Below, in pieces: positions 10,342 through 18,822 of a stretch of DNA of 27,633 nucleotides. Made by a program: the position numbers and the translations under genes. Source of the DNA: a candidate division WOR-3 bacterium (lineage in GTDB: Bacteria > Hydrothermota > UBA3072 > B12-G15); NCBI GenBank assembly GCA_965649055.1, contig CBFGJG010000026.1:1-27633 (forward strand), written 5' to 3'. The notes under the pieces are model-generated. The model was given only the letters and a program-made list of their open reading frames with translations, searched no databases and had not been told where the DNA came from. Position 1 is the first letter of the stretch; each line of letters starts with the position of its first letter.

Positions 10342-10597
10342 AGCATCAAAGAAAAGCGCAAGGAAGGATTTAAAGAGAAGAGCACAGAATAAAGCCTTAA
10401 AGACAAGGATTAAAAATTTAACAAAAAAACTTCTTGAAGAAAAAGACCCGGAGAAGAAAAAAACAATATTAAGGTTGCTTTATTCTTACTATGACAAGGC
10501 AGTAAAACGTAATATAATTAAGAAAAATACCGCTGCAAGGAAGAAATCAAAGATTACAAAATTAGTTAACCAGCAACTGCAATTACAAGCGAAATAA
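10328..10597 (+). CDS. rpsT: 30S ribosomal protein S20
   Basis: MANIRASKKSARKDLKRRAQNKALKTRIK...DKAVKRNIIKKNTAARKKS. GAGGAGG SD. Confidence 0.95.
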   Translation: MANIRASKKSARKDLKRRAQNKALKTRIKNLTKKLLEEKDPEKKKTILRLLYSYYDKAVKRNIIKKNTAARKKSKITKLVNQQLQLQAK

Positions 10598-11213
10598 CTT
10601 TAGAAGCACCTGCTTCTTTTAAAGCCCTGGCACAATCATCAAGGGTATGTCCGCTTGTAAAGACATCGTCTATTAAAAGTATTGTGCCTTCAAATTCTAT
10701 ATTTGATTTGAATGCATCCTTGATATTCTTTTCCCTTTCTTTTTCACTCAGCAATGTCTGAGTCGTTGTATATCTTATTCTTTTAAGACCTTGAGAAATT
10801 GGAATATTAATTCTTTTTGAAAGTTCTAATCCTAAAATAAAAGATTGATTATAACCTCTTTCTCTCTTCCGTGTTGGATGAAGTGGAACAGGGACTATAT
10901 ATTTTATATCTTCCCTTGAATAATATGTTTTAAATGTTATTTCGAGAAGATTAACGAGTCTATCTTTTAAAGAAATTCTTCCATAGTATTTGAAAAGATG
11001 AATTATCTGGTCAGCTGGTGGGGAGAAGGAACAAAAACCTTTTACATCGTCAAGATATTTAAGATTTTTTAATAATTTTTTGTAATCTTTAAATACAGGT
11101 TTTACCTGGGAAAAACACCTTTCACAAACAACCTTTCCTTTTTCAATTCTTGTTCCGCATATATGACAGAAAGGAGGAAAAAAGAAATTTACGAATTGCT
11201 TAAAAATATTCAT
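10566..11213 (-). CDS. comF: ComF family protein (zinc ribbon plus phosphoribosyltransferase-like domain)
   Basis: Zinc-ribbon motifs FPPFCHICG..VCERC, plus VPVPLH..RERGYNQS and LLIDDVFTSGHTL. Confidence 0.92.
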   Translation of the reverse strand: MNIFKQFVNFFFPPFCHICGTRIEKGKVVCERCFSQVKPVFKDYKKLLKNLKYLDDVKGFCSFSPPADQIIHLFKYYGRISLKDRLVNLLEITFKTYYSREDIKYIVPVPLHPTRKRERGYNQSFILGLELSKRINIPISQGLKRIRYTTTQTLLSEKEREKNIKDAFKSNIEFEGTILLIDDVFTSGHTLDDCARALKEAGASKVISLVIAVAG

Positions 11214-12435
11214 AGAGATTTCTTTTTATGTTAAATGCAATACCTACAAGGATAGAAGAAATAAGAAGATTTGTTCCACCGAAGCTTATAAAAGGAAGAG
11301 GGATTCCTACCACTGGTAATATACCAAGACACATTCCCATATTTATAAATGAATGAAGAAAGAAATATGTGAATATACCGGAACTTACAATTCTTGAAAA
11401 CTGTCCTTTGCTTTTATAAATTAAACTCATCATTCTGTATAGAAGGATAAAAAATAAAGTAAGAGTGATGAATGTTCCTATAATACCAAATTCTTCACCA
11501 ATGACTGAAAATACAAAATCTGTATTTTTCATCGGTATGAATTTTAAAGATTTCAATGTCCCTTTCAAGAAACCTTTTCCCAATATACCACCTGAACCTA
11601 TACTTATTTTTGATTGAAGAATATGCCATCCTGAACCCGAAGGGTCTTTATAGGGGTTTAAAAAAATGAGTATTCTTGCCCTCTGGTAAGGCTTTAGTAA
11701 ATGAAGAACTATGGGAGTCATAGCACCAATAAAGATGTTCATAAATATTAAAAATAGACTTAGACCGAGGTTTATTCTTGATAGATAAAGTGCAAGAGAA
11801 AGCAATAAGAAAAATAGTATAGCTGAAACAACATGGAATGAAGCAATTAAACAAACAATAGGAGATATTAAAAGAAAGAAAATTGGTAATTCAATCTCTG
11901 TAGAAAATAAAATTCCTAAAAATATTCCAAGTATAATAACAGAAGTTCCAAGGTCTGGCTGGATTACAACAAGACCAGAAAGAATAAAAGTTAATATAAT
12001 CATAATTGTTATTTCTTTTTTTAAATCTTTCATAAACATTATCCTTCCAGCGATCAGAATAAGGGATAATTTTGCTAACTCAGATGGCTGGAACTGAAAA
12101 TTAGCAATTTGAAGCCATCTCTTTACACCCTGTGCCTTAATCAATAAGATGGAGAGTAGAATAATGCATACAGAATAAAATAGAGGTGAAACTGTGTAAA
12201 GAAGTTTAAGAGGAAGTATAGCAGATATTAAAAAAAAAGTAATTGCAATAAAAAGGTATATTAAATGTCTTGTGAAGACTTTTAGATTATCAGGATAGTT
12301 AGCAGTGAATTGAATAAGAATTCCAATTATAATTAAAGATAGAAAAGAAAAAAGGAGTAATTTATCAGATAATATTGTTTCCTTCAATCTTGAGAAGGAA
12401 TTCTTTCCATTTTTTATTACCGGCACTGAAACCAC
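11200..12435 (-). CDS. rodA: SEDS family peptidoglycan polymerase RodA (true start may be TTG 12387)
   Basis: Multi-TM protein with GVKRWL..FQPSELAK, QPDLGT, YQRARILIFLNP..GSGWHILQSKISIGSGG, TDFVFSVIGEEFG and GIPLPFISFGG. Confidence 0.9.
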   Translation of the reverse strand: MVSVPVIKNGKNSFSRLKETILSDKLLLFSFLSLIIIGILIQFTANYPDNLKVFTRHLIYLFIAITFFLISAILPLKLLYTVSPLFYSVCIILLSILLIKAQGVKRWLQIANFQFQPSELAKLSLILIAGRIMFMKDLKKEITIMIILTFILSGLVVIQPDLGTSVIILGIFLGILFSTEIELPIFFLLISPIVCLIASFHVVSAILFFLLLSLALYLSRINLGLSLFLIFMNIFIGAMTPIVLHLLKPYQRARILIFLNPYKDPSGSGWHILQSKISIGSGGILGKGFLKGTLKSLKFIPMKNTDFVFSVIGEEFGIIGTFITLTLFFILLYRMMSLIYKSKGQFSRIVSSGIFTYFFLHSFINMGMCLGILPVVGIPLPFISFGGTNLLISSILVGIAFNIKRNLYEYF

Positions 12436-12808
12436 CTAATTTACCATTTTTATAAATTACCCTGTGACAGGGTATTATTATTGGTATTTTGTTTTTTGAT
12501 AGTAAAATACCTACTTTTCTTGGATGCATATTAAAATACTCAGCAATATCACTATATGATAGGGTTTTCCCGTAAGGTATTTTTTTTATATATTCATAAA
12601 ATTTTTTGTTGCTGGTTCTGATTTTTATATTTTCAAAACTCACATTTTTTCCTTCAAAATATTTCTGGATTAAGATTCTGGTTTTTAAAAGTAATTCATC
12701 AGGATTATCATTAACTTTTTTATCAAATTCAATATTTGTTATTGATTCACCATCACTGAATATTGAAATGAATCCAATCTTTGTCTTTATACTAATCTGG
12801 TAATTCAT
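12365..12808 (-). CDS. ogt: Methylated-DNA--protein-cysteine methyltransferase
   Basis: IPYGKTLSYSDIA, active-site IIIPCHRV and LGGFSAG. Likely start ATG 12808 (track start is 12835). Confidence 0.92.
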   Translation of the reverse strand: MNYQISIKTKIGFISIFSDGESITNIEFDKKVNDNPDELLLKTRILIQKYFEGKNVSFENIKIRTSNKKFYEYIKKIPYGKTLSYSDIAEYFNMHPRKVGILLSKNKIPIIIPCHRVIYKNGKLGGFSAGNKKWKEFLLKIEGNNII

Positions 12809-14297
12809 ATCTTTTAACAAATGTATTTTCTCCATCTGTCTGGATGTATATGTTATAAATTCCTTCTTTAGTAAGGGTAGTTTCCCATCTTATATTTATT
12901 CCAGTATTTTCAACTATATTTTTTAATCCTTCTCTTTTCACAAATACATTCTTTATTAAAAACACAGGTTCTTCATTCCCTTTACCGAAAGGTCTCATAA
13001 GTTTTATCAAATCCAGGAAATTATTATTTAATTCTTCAAGTTTTATTTCTGCGTCATAATGTATTTTTGGTTTATATTCCTTCAGGATTTTATTCGCAAT
13101 GCTTAAAAAATAGGGTAGATATTCCGGGTTCTTCATTTTGAAACCACATGCGGGTTTGTGTCCGCCATAACTTGAAAGATAGTTTTTTGTTTTTTCAAAA
13201 ATAATTAAAAGATTAAAATCATCCGGGCCTCTTCCTTCACCTACAATCTCATTGTTGTTTTTGGTAAGAACAAAAACAGGCATACCTGTTAGTTCTTTTC
13301 CTAAATTTGCTGTGCTCCCGAGGAATTCAACCGGGTAGTTTTCAAGATATACTGCATAATTCCCTTTCATAAATTCATTTTTAGCCATGTTGAAGTTTGC
13401 CTCAAGCCTTGTCTGGTAACTCATTGCTTTCTCTTTCAGACTTGAATAGATATCTTCCGCTTCTATTTTATTTTCAGTAAGAAGAAACTTCAATGTTAAT
13501 TCTTCTCTTCCAGAGAGCAAAGGTCTTACAGAAGTTTCAATATCTTCTCGTGCAAGTATGCTAAAGGGTGTATCGGAGGATTTTTTTATTATTTTTTCAC
13601 CTTCAACTACTATAGTTCTGTTTTCGCTTATTCTTGGGACCCTATCAGAAATGGTTCCAAGCATTGTATAAATAAGGATTTCGGGAAGGACATTTACAAC
13701 TTCTTTTGGTGTAAGATTAAATATATTTTTCATAATTGTCAGGTAAAACTTGAAAGCAACACCGGCACCAGCAAGATACCTATATCCAATATCAGTTAAT
13801 TTTGGATTAATAATATAAGTATCAGGTAAAATATCTTTTGGTTCATGATGGTCTGTTATTATAACTTCAATTCCATTTTCTTTTGCATATTTTACCTCTT
13901 CTATTGAAGAAATTCCGCAGTCAACTGTTATAATCAGAGAAAATCCATTTTCTTTGATTTTTTTTATCCCTTCTAAATTTAAACCATATCCTTCTTTTCC
14001 CCTTTTAGGGATATAAAAATCAACATCTGCATTTATATTTTTTAGACCTTTAAATAAAACTAATGTTGAAGTGATTCCATCCACATCTTCGTCACCCCAG
14101 ATCATAATTCTTTTATTTGATTTTATATAATCGTAAGTTTTTATTGCTACTTCTGATGCATCTTTACCAATTCTGATATTATCAATTGATGGAAATAAAA
14201 ATTCATCGAGTGATTTCTGGTCAAAAATTTCTCTTTTACTCAGGTAATCCTTTATTCCTGGACTCAATTCATCATACTTTATCTTTTCTTCACCCAT
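12792..14297 (-). CDS. recJ: RecJ-like DHH/DHHA1 single-stranded DNA exonuclease
   Basis: Motifs GDEDVDGITS, PKRGKEGYGL, TVDCG, ITDHH, LAGAGVAFK, GTISD, GGHKPACG and PFGKGNEEPVF. Confidence 0.85.
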   Translation of the reverse strand: MGEEKIKYDELSPGIKDYLSKREIFDQKSLDEFLFPSIDNIRIGKDASEVAIKTYDYIKSNKRIMIWGDEDVDGITSTLVLFKGLKNINADVDFYIPKRGKEGYGLNLEGIKKIKENGFSLIITVDCGISSIEEVKYAKENGIEVIITDHHEPKDILPDTYIINPKLTDIGYRYLAGAGVAFKFYLTIMKNIFNLTPKEVVNVLPEILIYTMLGTISDRVPRISENRTIVVEGEKIIKKSSDTPFSILAREDIETSVRPLLSGREELTLKFLLTENKIEAEDIYSSLKEKAMSYQTRLEANFNMAKNEFMKGNYAVYLENYPVEFLGSTANLGKELTGMPVFVLTKNNNEIVGEGRGPDDFNLLIIFEKTKNYLSSYGGHKPACGFKMKNPEYLPYFLSIANKILKEYKPKIHYDAEIKLEELNNNFLDLIKLMRPFGKGNEEPVFLIKNVFVKREGLKNIVENTGINIRWETTLTKEGIYNIYIQTDGENTFVKRYELPD

Positions 14298-14941
14298 ATT
14301 TCTCCAAATCTTTCATTCTGTATTGCTCTTGCGAATCCTTCCCTTATAATTTCAAGTAATCCAAAAAAAGTTCCTACTTTTTCGGAATATGAAGCCCCTT
14401 TCATACTTTTCCATAATGGGAAGAAATTAAGTTTTTCTATCTTTAATTTTAACTTGTGAATAATTCTTTCAATATGCCAGATAATAGAAGTTGGAGGATT
14501 ATAATTTTCAACTTTCTTAATCATTTTTAATCCTTCAATAATTTCATTTATATTTGCATTTATTTTATAAAATTCTTCAAATTTAGGTCTTTTATACATT
14601 TGAGAACTTATCCTTTCTTTTTCTTTGAGAAAATCAGCCCTTTCAATATACTTTTTGTATAATAAAAGATTCTTTTTTAGTTCTTCAACAGATTCTATAT
14701 TTTCAGGTTCTCCATTCTTCATAATTGCCTTTGCCTTTATTTCAACAAGATATGATGCGTATTTAATGAAATCACCTGCTTCATTAAAGTCTATTATTTT
14801 AATCCCGTTTATAAAATTTAAATACTCCCTTGTTATTTTGGATATTGGAAAATCAACAATTTCCACTTCTTCTCTTCTTACAAGATAGAGCAGTAGTTCT
14901 ATCGGTCCTTCAAATTCTTCTAAGTTAGTGATAAATTCCAT
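14279..14941 (-). CDS. scpA: Segregation and condensation protein A (SMC kleisin)
   Basis: N-terminal FEGPIELLLYLV..ISKITREYL and C-terminal winged-helix motif VGTFFGLLEIIREG..QNERFGEIWV. Confidence 0.9.
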   Translation of the reverse strand: MEFITNLEEFEGPIELLLYLVRREEVEIVDFPISKITREYLNFINGIKIIDFNEAGDFIKYASYLVEIKAKAIMKNGEPENIESVEELKKNLLLYKKYIERADFLKEKERISSQMYKRPKFEEFYKINANINEIIEGLKMIKKVENYNPPTSIIWHIERIIHKLKLKIEKLNFFPLWKSMKGASYSEKVGTFFGLLEIIREGFARAIQNERFGEIWVKKR

Positions 14942-14943
14942 AG

Positions 14944-15519
14944 TTATTTTATCTTGAAATTAATGGTTACAATACCCTTCTGTTCTTTTATATTTTTTAC
15001 TGGCATAAATTTCCATTCACTAACAGCATCTATGGCACTTCTGTCAAAATTTAAACCACCGGTTTTTAAAATTTCTATCTTCACAATATTCCCTGATTCG
15101 TCAACCGTTATCTCAAGCTGAACCATCGAAGGCTCCTTCTCTTCCTTAGGGAATTCTGGTTTTATGAATTTTATAAGTTTTCTTGTAGATATCTCACCGG
15201 AAATAGAATATCCCTTATCTGTTTCATATCCGTATCCTTCTTTTTCTTCTTCAAATTGTTTCGTCTTTTCTTCAAAAAAACCCATCTTTTCGTCTTCAAC
15301 TTTTACGGGTACATCACCGTAAGATGGGATTTCAACATCCATTTTACCTTCGCCTGATTTCTGAACTTTAGGCATATCTGATGTGCCTTCTATGTCGGTA
15401 TAAATTCCGAGGTTTATGTAGTCAGAAAAACTTGTCTTTAAATTAAAATTTATAAAATACATTACTATAATTATTAATATGTATATTAATATTGAAAATA
15501 AAAAAGCCTTTTTTTCCAT
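14944..15519 (-). CDS. tonB: TonB family energy transducer
   Basis: N-terminal TM helix (likely start MEKKAFLF at 15519) and C-terminal TonB_C domain KPEFP..VQLEITVDESGNI..FDRSAIDAVSEWKFMP. Confidence 0.85.
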   Translation of the reverse strand: MEKKAFLFSILIYILIIIVMYFINFNLKTSFSDYINLGIYTDIEGTSDMPKVQKSGEGKMDVEIPSYGDVPVKVEDEKMGFFEEKTKQFEEEKEGYGYETDKGYSISGEISTRKLIKFIKPEFPKEEKEPSMVQLEITVDESGNIVKIEILKTGGLNFDRSAIDAVSEWKFMPVKNIKEQKGIVTINFKIK

Positions 15520-15520
15520 C

Positions 15521-15910
15521 TCAGTCTTCAAGTGTTGTTGCAATTACAAAGTTTGTAGCACCTACAGACTTTATTATATCAATAACCCTAACTACCATAG
15601 CAATACTTACATCCCTGTCAGAATTTATAAGCATTATCTTATCTTTAGAACCTTCAATAATAAAAGGTATTTCAGAGAGTGAAACTGGTTTTTCATCTAT
15701 AAAAATACTTCCTTCTTTGGAGATAGAAATTATTATCCTATCTTCAGAAACCGCTTCTTTTGTGGTTGACCTTGGGAGTCTCACTCTTATTCCTGGTTGA
15801 ATAACATAAGATGATGTAAGAAGGAAAAAAATAAGGAGGTTTAGAACTATATCAGCCATGGAGATAACCGCAAAAGATTTTTCTCTTTTATAATTTGGCT
15901 GAAGGTTCAT
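15521..15910 (-). CDS. exbD: ExbD/TolR biopolymer transport protein
   Basis: TM segment SMADIVLNLLIFFLLTS with the essential Asp, plus VRLP and INSDRDV..VVRVIDIIKSVG. Confidence 0.9.
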   Translation of the reverse strand: MNLQPNYKREKSFAVISMADIVLNLLIFFLLTSSYVIQPGIRVRLPRSTTKEAVSEDRIIISISKEGSIFIDEKPVSLSEIPFIIEGSKDKIMLINSDRDVSIAMVVRVIDIIKSVGATNFVIATTLED

Positions 15911-16503
15911 TTATTTCCTCCGATGTATGGTGAAACTTCATCAATAGCTGTATTCATCTCCTGAACAAAATAGTTAACCTTATCTGTAAATATATTATAA
16001 AAAATAACAAATATTATTGCAACTGCAAGTCCAACAGCAGTTGTAATGAGTGCTTCCCATATACCACCCGCAAGTTTTGAAGGGTTAACACTTCCGCCAA
16101 GAGATTCAATCTGCATAAATGCCCTTATCATACCTGTTACAGTTCCGAAGAATCCGAGCATTGGAGAAATAGCAATTACTGATGATAGTATACCAAGACC
16201 TTTTTCAAGATTCCTTATCTCTTCCCTTGCCTGAACTTCCATTGATGTTTTGTTATTACTCAAGAGTCCTTTTATTATTATCTTTGCCATTGGGGAGTTA
16301 TTTGCCCTTAAAAAATTTATTGCTGAGTTAAAATCACGTTCTTCGAGATAGGGTTTAAGAAGTCTTAAAATATCCTCAGATCTTCCCCTAACCTTTCTAT
16401 AATAGATAAATCTTTCAATTGTGATGTAAAGACCAACAAATCCCACTATACCTATTATTGCAACTATGTATCCACCTTTTGAAATAATTTCAAGTAGATT
16501 CAT
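15907..16503 (-). CDS. exbB: MotA/TolQ/ExbB proton channel protein
   Basis: SPMLGFFGTVTGMIRAF and LAGGIWEALITTAVGLAVAI. GGAGG SD. Confidence 0.92.
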   Translation of the reverse strand: MNLLEIISKGGYIVAIIGIVGFVGLYITIERFIYYRKVRGRSEDILRLLKPYLEERDFNSAINFLRANNSPMAKIIIKGLLSNNKTSMEVQAREEIRNLEKGLGILSSVIAISPMLGFFGTVTGMIRAFMQIESLGGSVNPSKLAGGIWEALITTAVGLAVAIIFVIFYNIFTDKVNYFVQEMNTAIDEVSPYIGGNK

Positions 16504-16522
16504 ATTACCTCCGTTTTATTTT

Positions 16523-18172
16523 TTACCATGCTCCTCCACCACCACCTCCACCACCACCGCCTGAAAATCCACCACCACCTGAGAAACCGCTTGAACTTCC
16601 TTTTGGTGGAGACATATAAGATGAAAAATTATTCATTGAGTTGTTAAATGAAGTGGCAAAGTGTTCAACAGGTAATCTTCCAGTGTAACCTGTTAAAATA
16701 AACCAATCGGGAGATTGCAGCTCTATTCCTTTAAATCTTTCAGCCCATTTATCAAGGACGCCAAGTGAAATTGCATACGGGATAAAGTCAAAGAAAAGAA
16801 AAGGTTTTTCTTCAAGCATCCTTAAAAGTCTGTCTTTTTCAACCCTTGAAAGGAATTCTCTGAAACCAAGTATTTCTGAAAGTTTCTTATTTCCCTGCGG
16901 TGTTCTTTTGGGCATTGCAGGTCCAAATATGAAGGTAATTATTCCGCTCAATAAGAGTGAAAGAGCAAGTTTAGGGTTTATTGCAAAAAAGAAAATCCCG
17001 AAAAAACAAAGGAGAAAACCGCTTACAAAATAGATTGCCCTTACATTTTCAGGGTTTGAATAAAAAAGTGATTTCTTTGTAACATCTGTGTAAATATGGG
17101 TTTTTACAATTGCCATCGTTGAATATATGGAACCTTTGAGTTCTGACATCATAAAGCTTTTTCCACCGACTGTTTCCAAACCTTTATAAAATTTCTGATA
17201 ATATGTAGGAAGTTCATTCCCAGGTTCTCTTAATAATGTTATCTTGTAATCCTTTGATTTGAAAAGAAGGAGCTTTGTGCTCTCAATCTCTTCTATTTTT
17301 ATATAGCCTTTCTGGGCAAGATCAAATAAAATTGAAATAATATCAACATTATCAACTTTCTGGTCAAGAAGTGTTCCTGCTTCTGCAGGTGTTATATCAG
17401 AAGGGGGCTCATATCTCACCATTACAGGACCTACAGGAAGGTCTTTCCCTTTTTTAATCCATCTGTTGAAGAGAAATATTAAAATAAAAATCGGTAAAAA
17501 CCAGGGTAAATTATTCCTGAGCCTTAAAAAAATCAGCATTGTAAAAGATGGTTTTTTAAGATAACCTTTAGGAAATTTTATAGCAACAGTTATACCTTCA
17601 CCTGCAAATAAGTCTTTATGAGTATAAGATAAGGAATTTGAACTTAAATAAAAATTTCCCGTAGTTTTTGTTGAACCATAAGTGCCACAGTATATCCTGA
17701 TATCATCTTTTGATAATTCCACTGGTTCAGGGAAGAAAACATTAAAATTAACAGAGTCCATCTTTGTTTCCCATCTATTCCCTGTTATATTCCAGTAAAG
17801 TTCATCGTGTTCGCTAAAATATCTTGCACCAAGAAGCACAGAATAGATAATGGTATATGTATGAAAACCTGTTATGGTTTTGTCAGGGTCTCCAATCCTT
17901 ATCCTTAAATGCTGCCATCCGGAATAACTCGTTATTGATTTTTTAACAGGTATTTTTTCACCATCCATAAGGACTTCTAATACTTTAAAACCAAGTGAAT
18001 AGTTTCCTATGTTTCCTTTTAGTTCAAGCGGAATCTCCCTGTATATACCATGGTAATAACCATCATCAAAATTCACTGTTATATTCTCTTCAATCCTTAT
18101 AGAACCATCTTTGTTCAGGAAGATATCAGAATTAAAAAAAGATATATACCATCCAAGATATAGAAATAACAT
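16523..18172 (-). CDS. DUF2207 family membrane protein
   Basis: HGIYREIP, ELYWNITG..W, EPPSDITPAEAG, GFREFL, PYAISLGV..WAERF and a Gly-rich C-terminus ending GGGGGGGGAW. Typical neighbour of lemA. Confidence 0.9.
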   Translation of the reverse strand: MLFLYLGWYISFFNSDIFLNKDGSIRIEENITVNFDDGYYHGIYREIPLELKGNIGNYSLGFKVLEVLMDGEKIPVKKSITSYSGWQHLRIRIGDPDKTITGFHTYTIIYSVLLGARYFSEHDELYWNITGNRWETKMDSVNFNVFFPEPVELSKDDIRIYCGTYGSTKTTGNFYLSSNSLSYTHKDLFAGEGITVAIKFPKGYLKKPSFTMLIFLRLRNNLPWFLPIFILIFLFNRWIKKGKDLPVGPVMVRYEPPSDITPAEAGTLLDQKVDNVDIISILFDLAQKGYIKIEEIESTKLLLFKSKDYKITLLREPGNELPTYYQKFYKGLETVGGKSFMMSELKGSIYSTMAIVKTHIYTDVTKKSLFYSNPENVRAIYFVSGFLLCFFGIFFFAINPKLALSLLLSGIITFIFGPAMPKRTPQGNKKLSEILGFREFLSRVEKDRLLRMLEEKPFLFFDFIPYAISLGVLDKWAERFKGIELQSPDWFILTGYTGRLPVEHFATSFNNSMNNFSSYMSPPKGSSSGFSGGGGFSGGGGGGGGGGAW

Positions 18173-18723
18173 CAGAATTCTACCTTTGGAACTGTCCTTT
18201 CACCTTCTTCAATCTCAAAGAATGCCTGCTTTGAGAAATTAAAAATCATAGCAACTATCTTTGCAGGGAATGTTTCTACCTTTATATTGTAATCCCTTAC
18301 AACAGCGTTGTAATATCTTCTTGCATTCTGTATTGCATCTTCAATCTCACCAAGACTTTTCTGTAATTCAAGGAAATTAACATTTGCCTTAAGTTCAGGA
18401 TAATTTTCAGCAACTGCAAAAAGCTGTCTTAAAGCACCGGTTAGTTGATTTTCTGCCTTTGCCTTGTCTTCAGGTGTGGTTGCAGCAGTCGCATTAGCCC
18501 TTGCCCTTGTAACATTTTCAAAGACTTCCTTCTCATGTTTAGCATAACCTTTTACTGTCTCAACAAGATTGGGAATTAAGTCATATCTTCTTTTAAGCTG
18601 GACATCAACATCACTCCATGCATTCTGGAACATATTCCTCAGCCTTATAAAACCATTGTATGTTCCGATAATCCATAAAATTACAAAAACGATTAAAACA
18701 ATAATAATTAAACCTATTAACAT
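18172..18723 (-). CDS. lemA: LemA family protein
   Basis: AWSDVDVQLKRRYDLIPNLVETVKGYAKHE, AVAENYPELKAN and ARRYYNAVVRDYN. Start ATG 18723 after an AAGGAG SD. Confidence 0.95.
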   Translation of the reverse strand: MLIGLIIIVLIVFVILWIIGTYNGFIRLRNMFQNAWSDVDVQLKRRYDLIPNLVETVKGYAKHEKEVFENVTRARANATAATTPEDKAKAENQLTGALRQLFAVAENYPELKANVNFLELQKSLGEIEDAIQNARRYYNAVVRDYNIKVETFPAKIVAMIFNFSKQAFFEIEEGERTVPKVEF

Positions 18724-18742
18724 GTTAACTCCTTTTTTAGGA

Positions 18743-18771
18743 ATAATAAATAAAATATTGAAATTTTGCAA
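18743..18771 (-). promoter_or_regulatory. Putative sigma70 promoter for the lemA...comF operon
   Basis: Minus-strand TTGCAA-N17-TATTAT upstream of the lemA SD. Confidence 0.55.
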
Positions 18772-18787
18772 GTATTTTTTTCTATCC

Positions 18788-18815
18788 TTGACATTTTTCT
18801 TTATATATATAAAAT
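18788..18815 (+). promoter_or_regulatory. Putative sigma70 promoter for smc-ugd (probably leaderless)
   Basis: TTGACA-N16-TAAAAT, with 7 nt between the -10 element and ATG 18823. No SD. Confidence 0.65.
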
Positions 18816-18822
18816 ATCAACT

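Noticed and set aside
16525..16600. GC-rich CCA/CCT repeats
   Set aside because: They encode the normal Gly-rich C-terminus of DUF2207.
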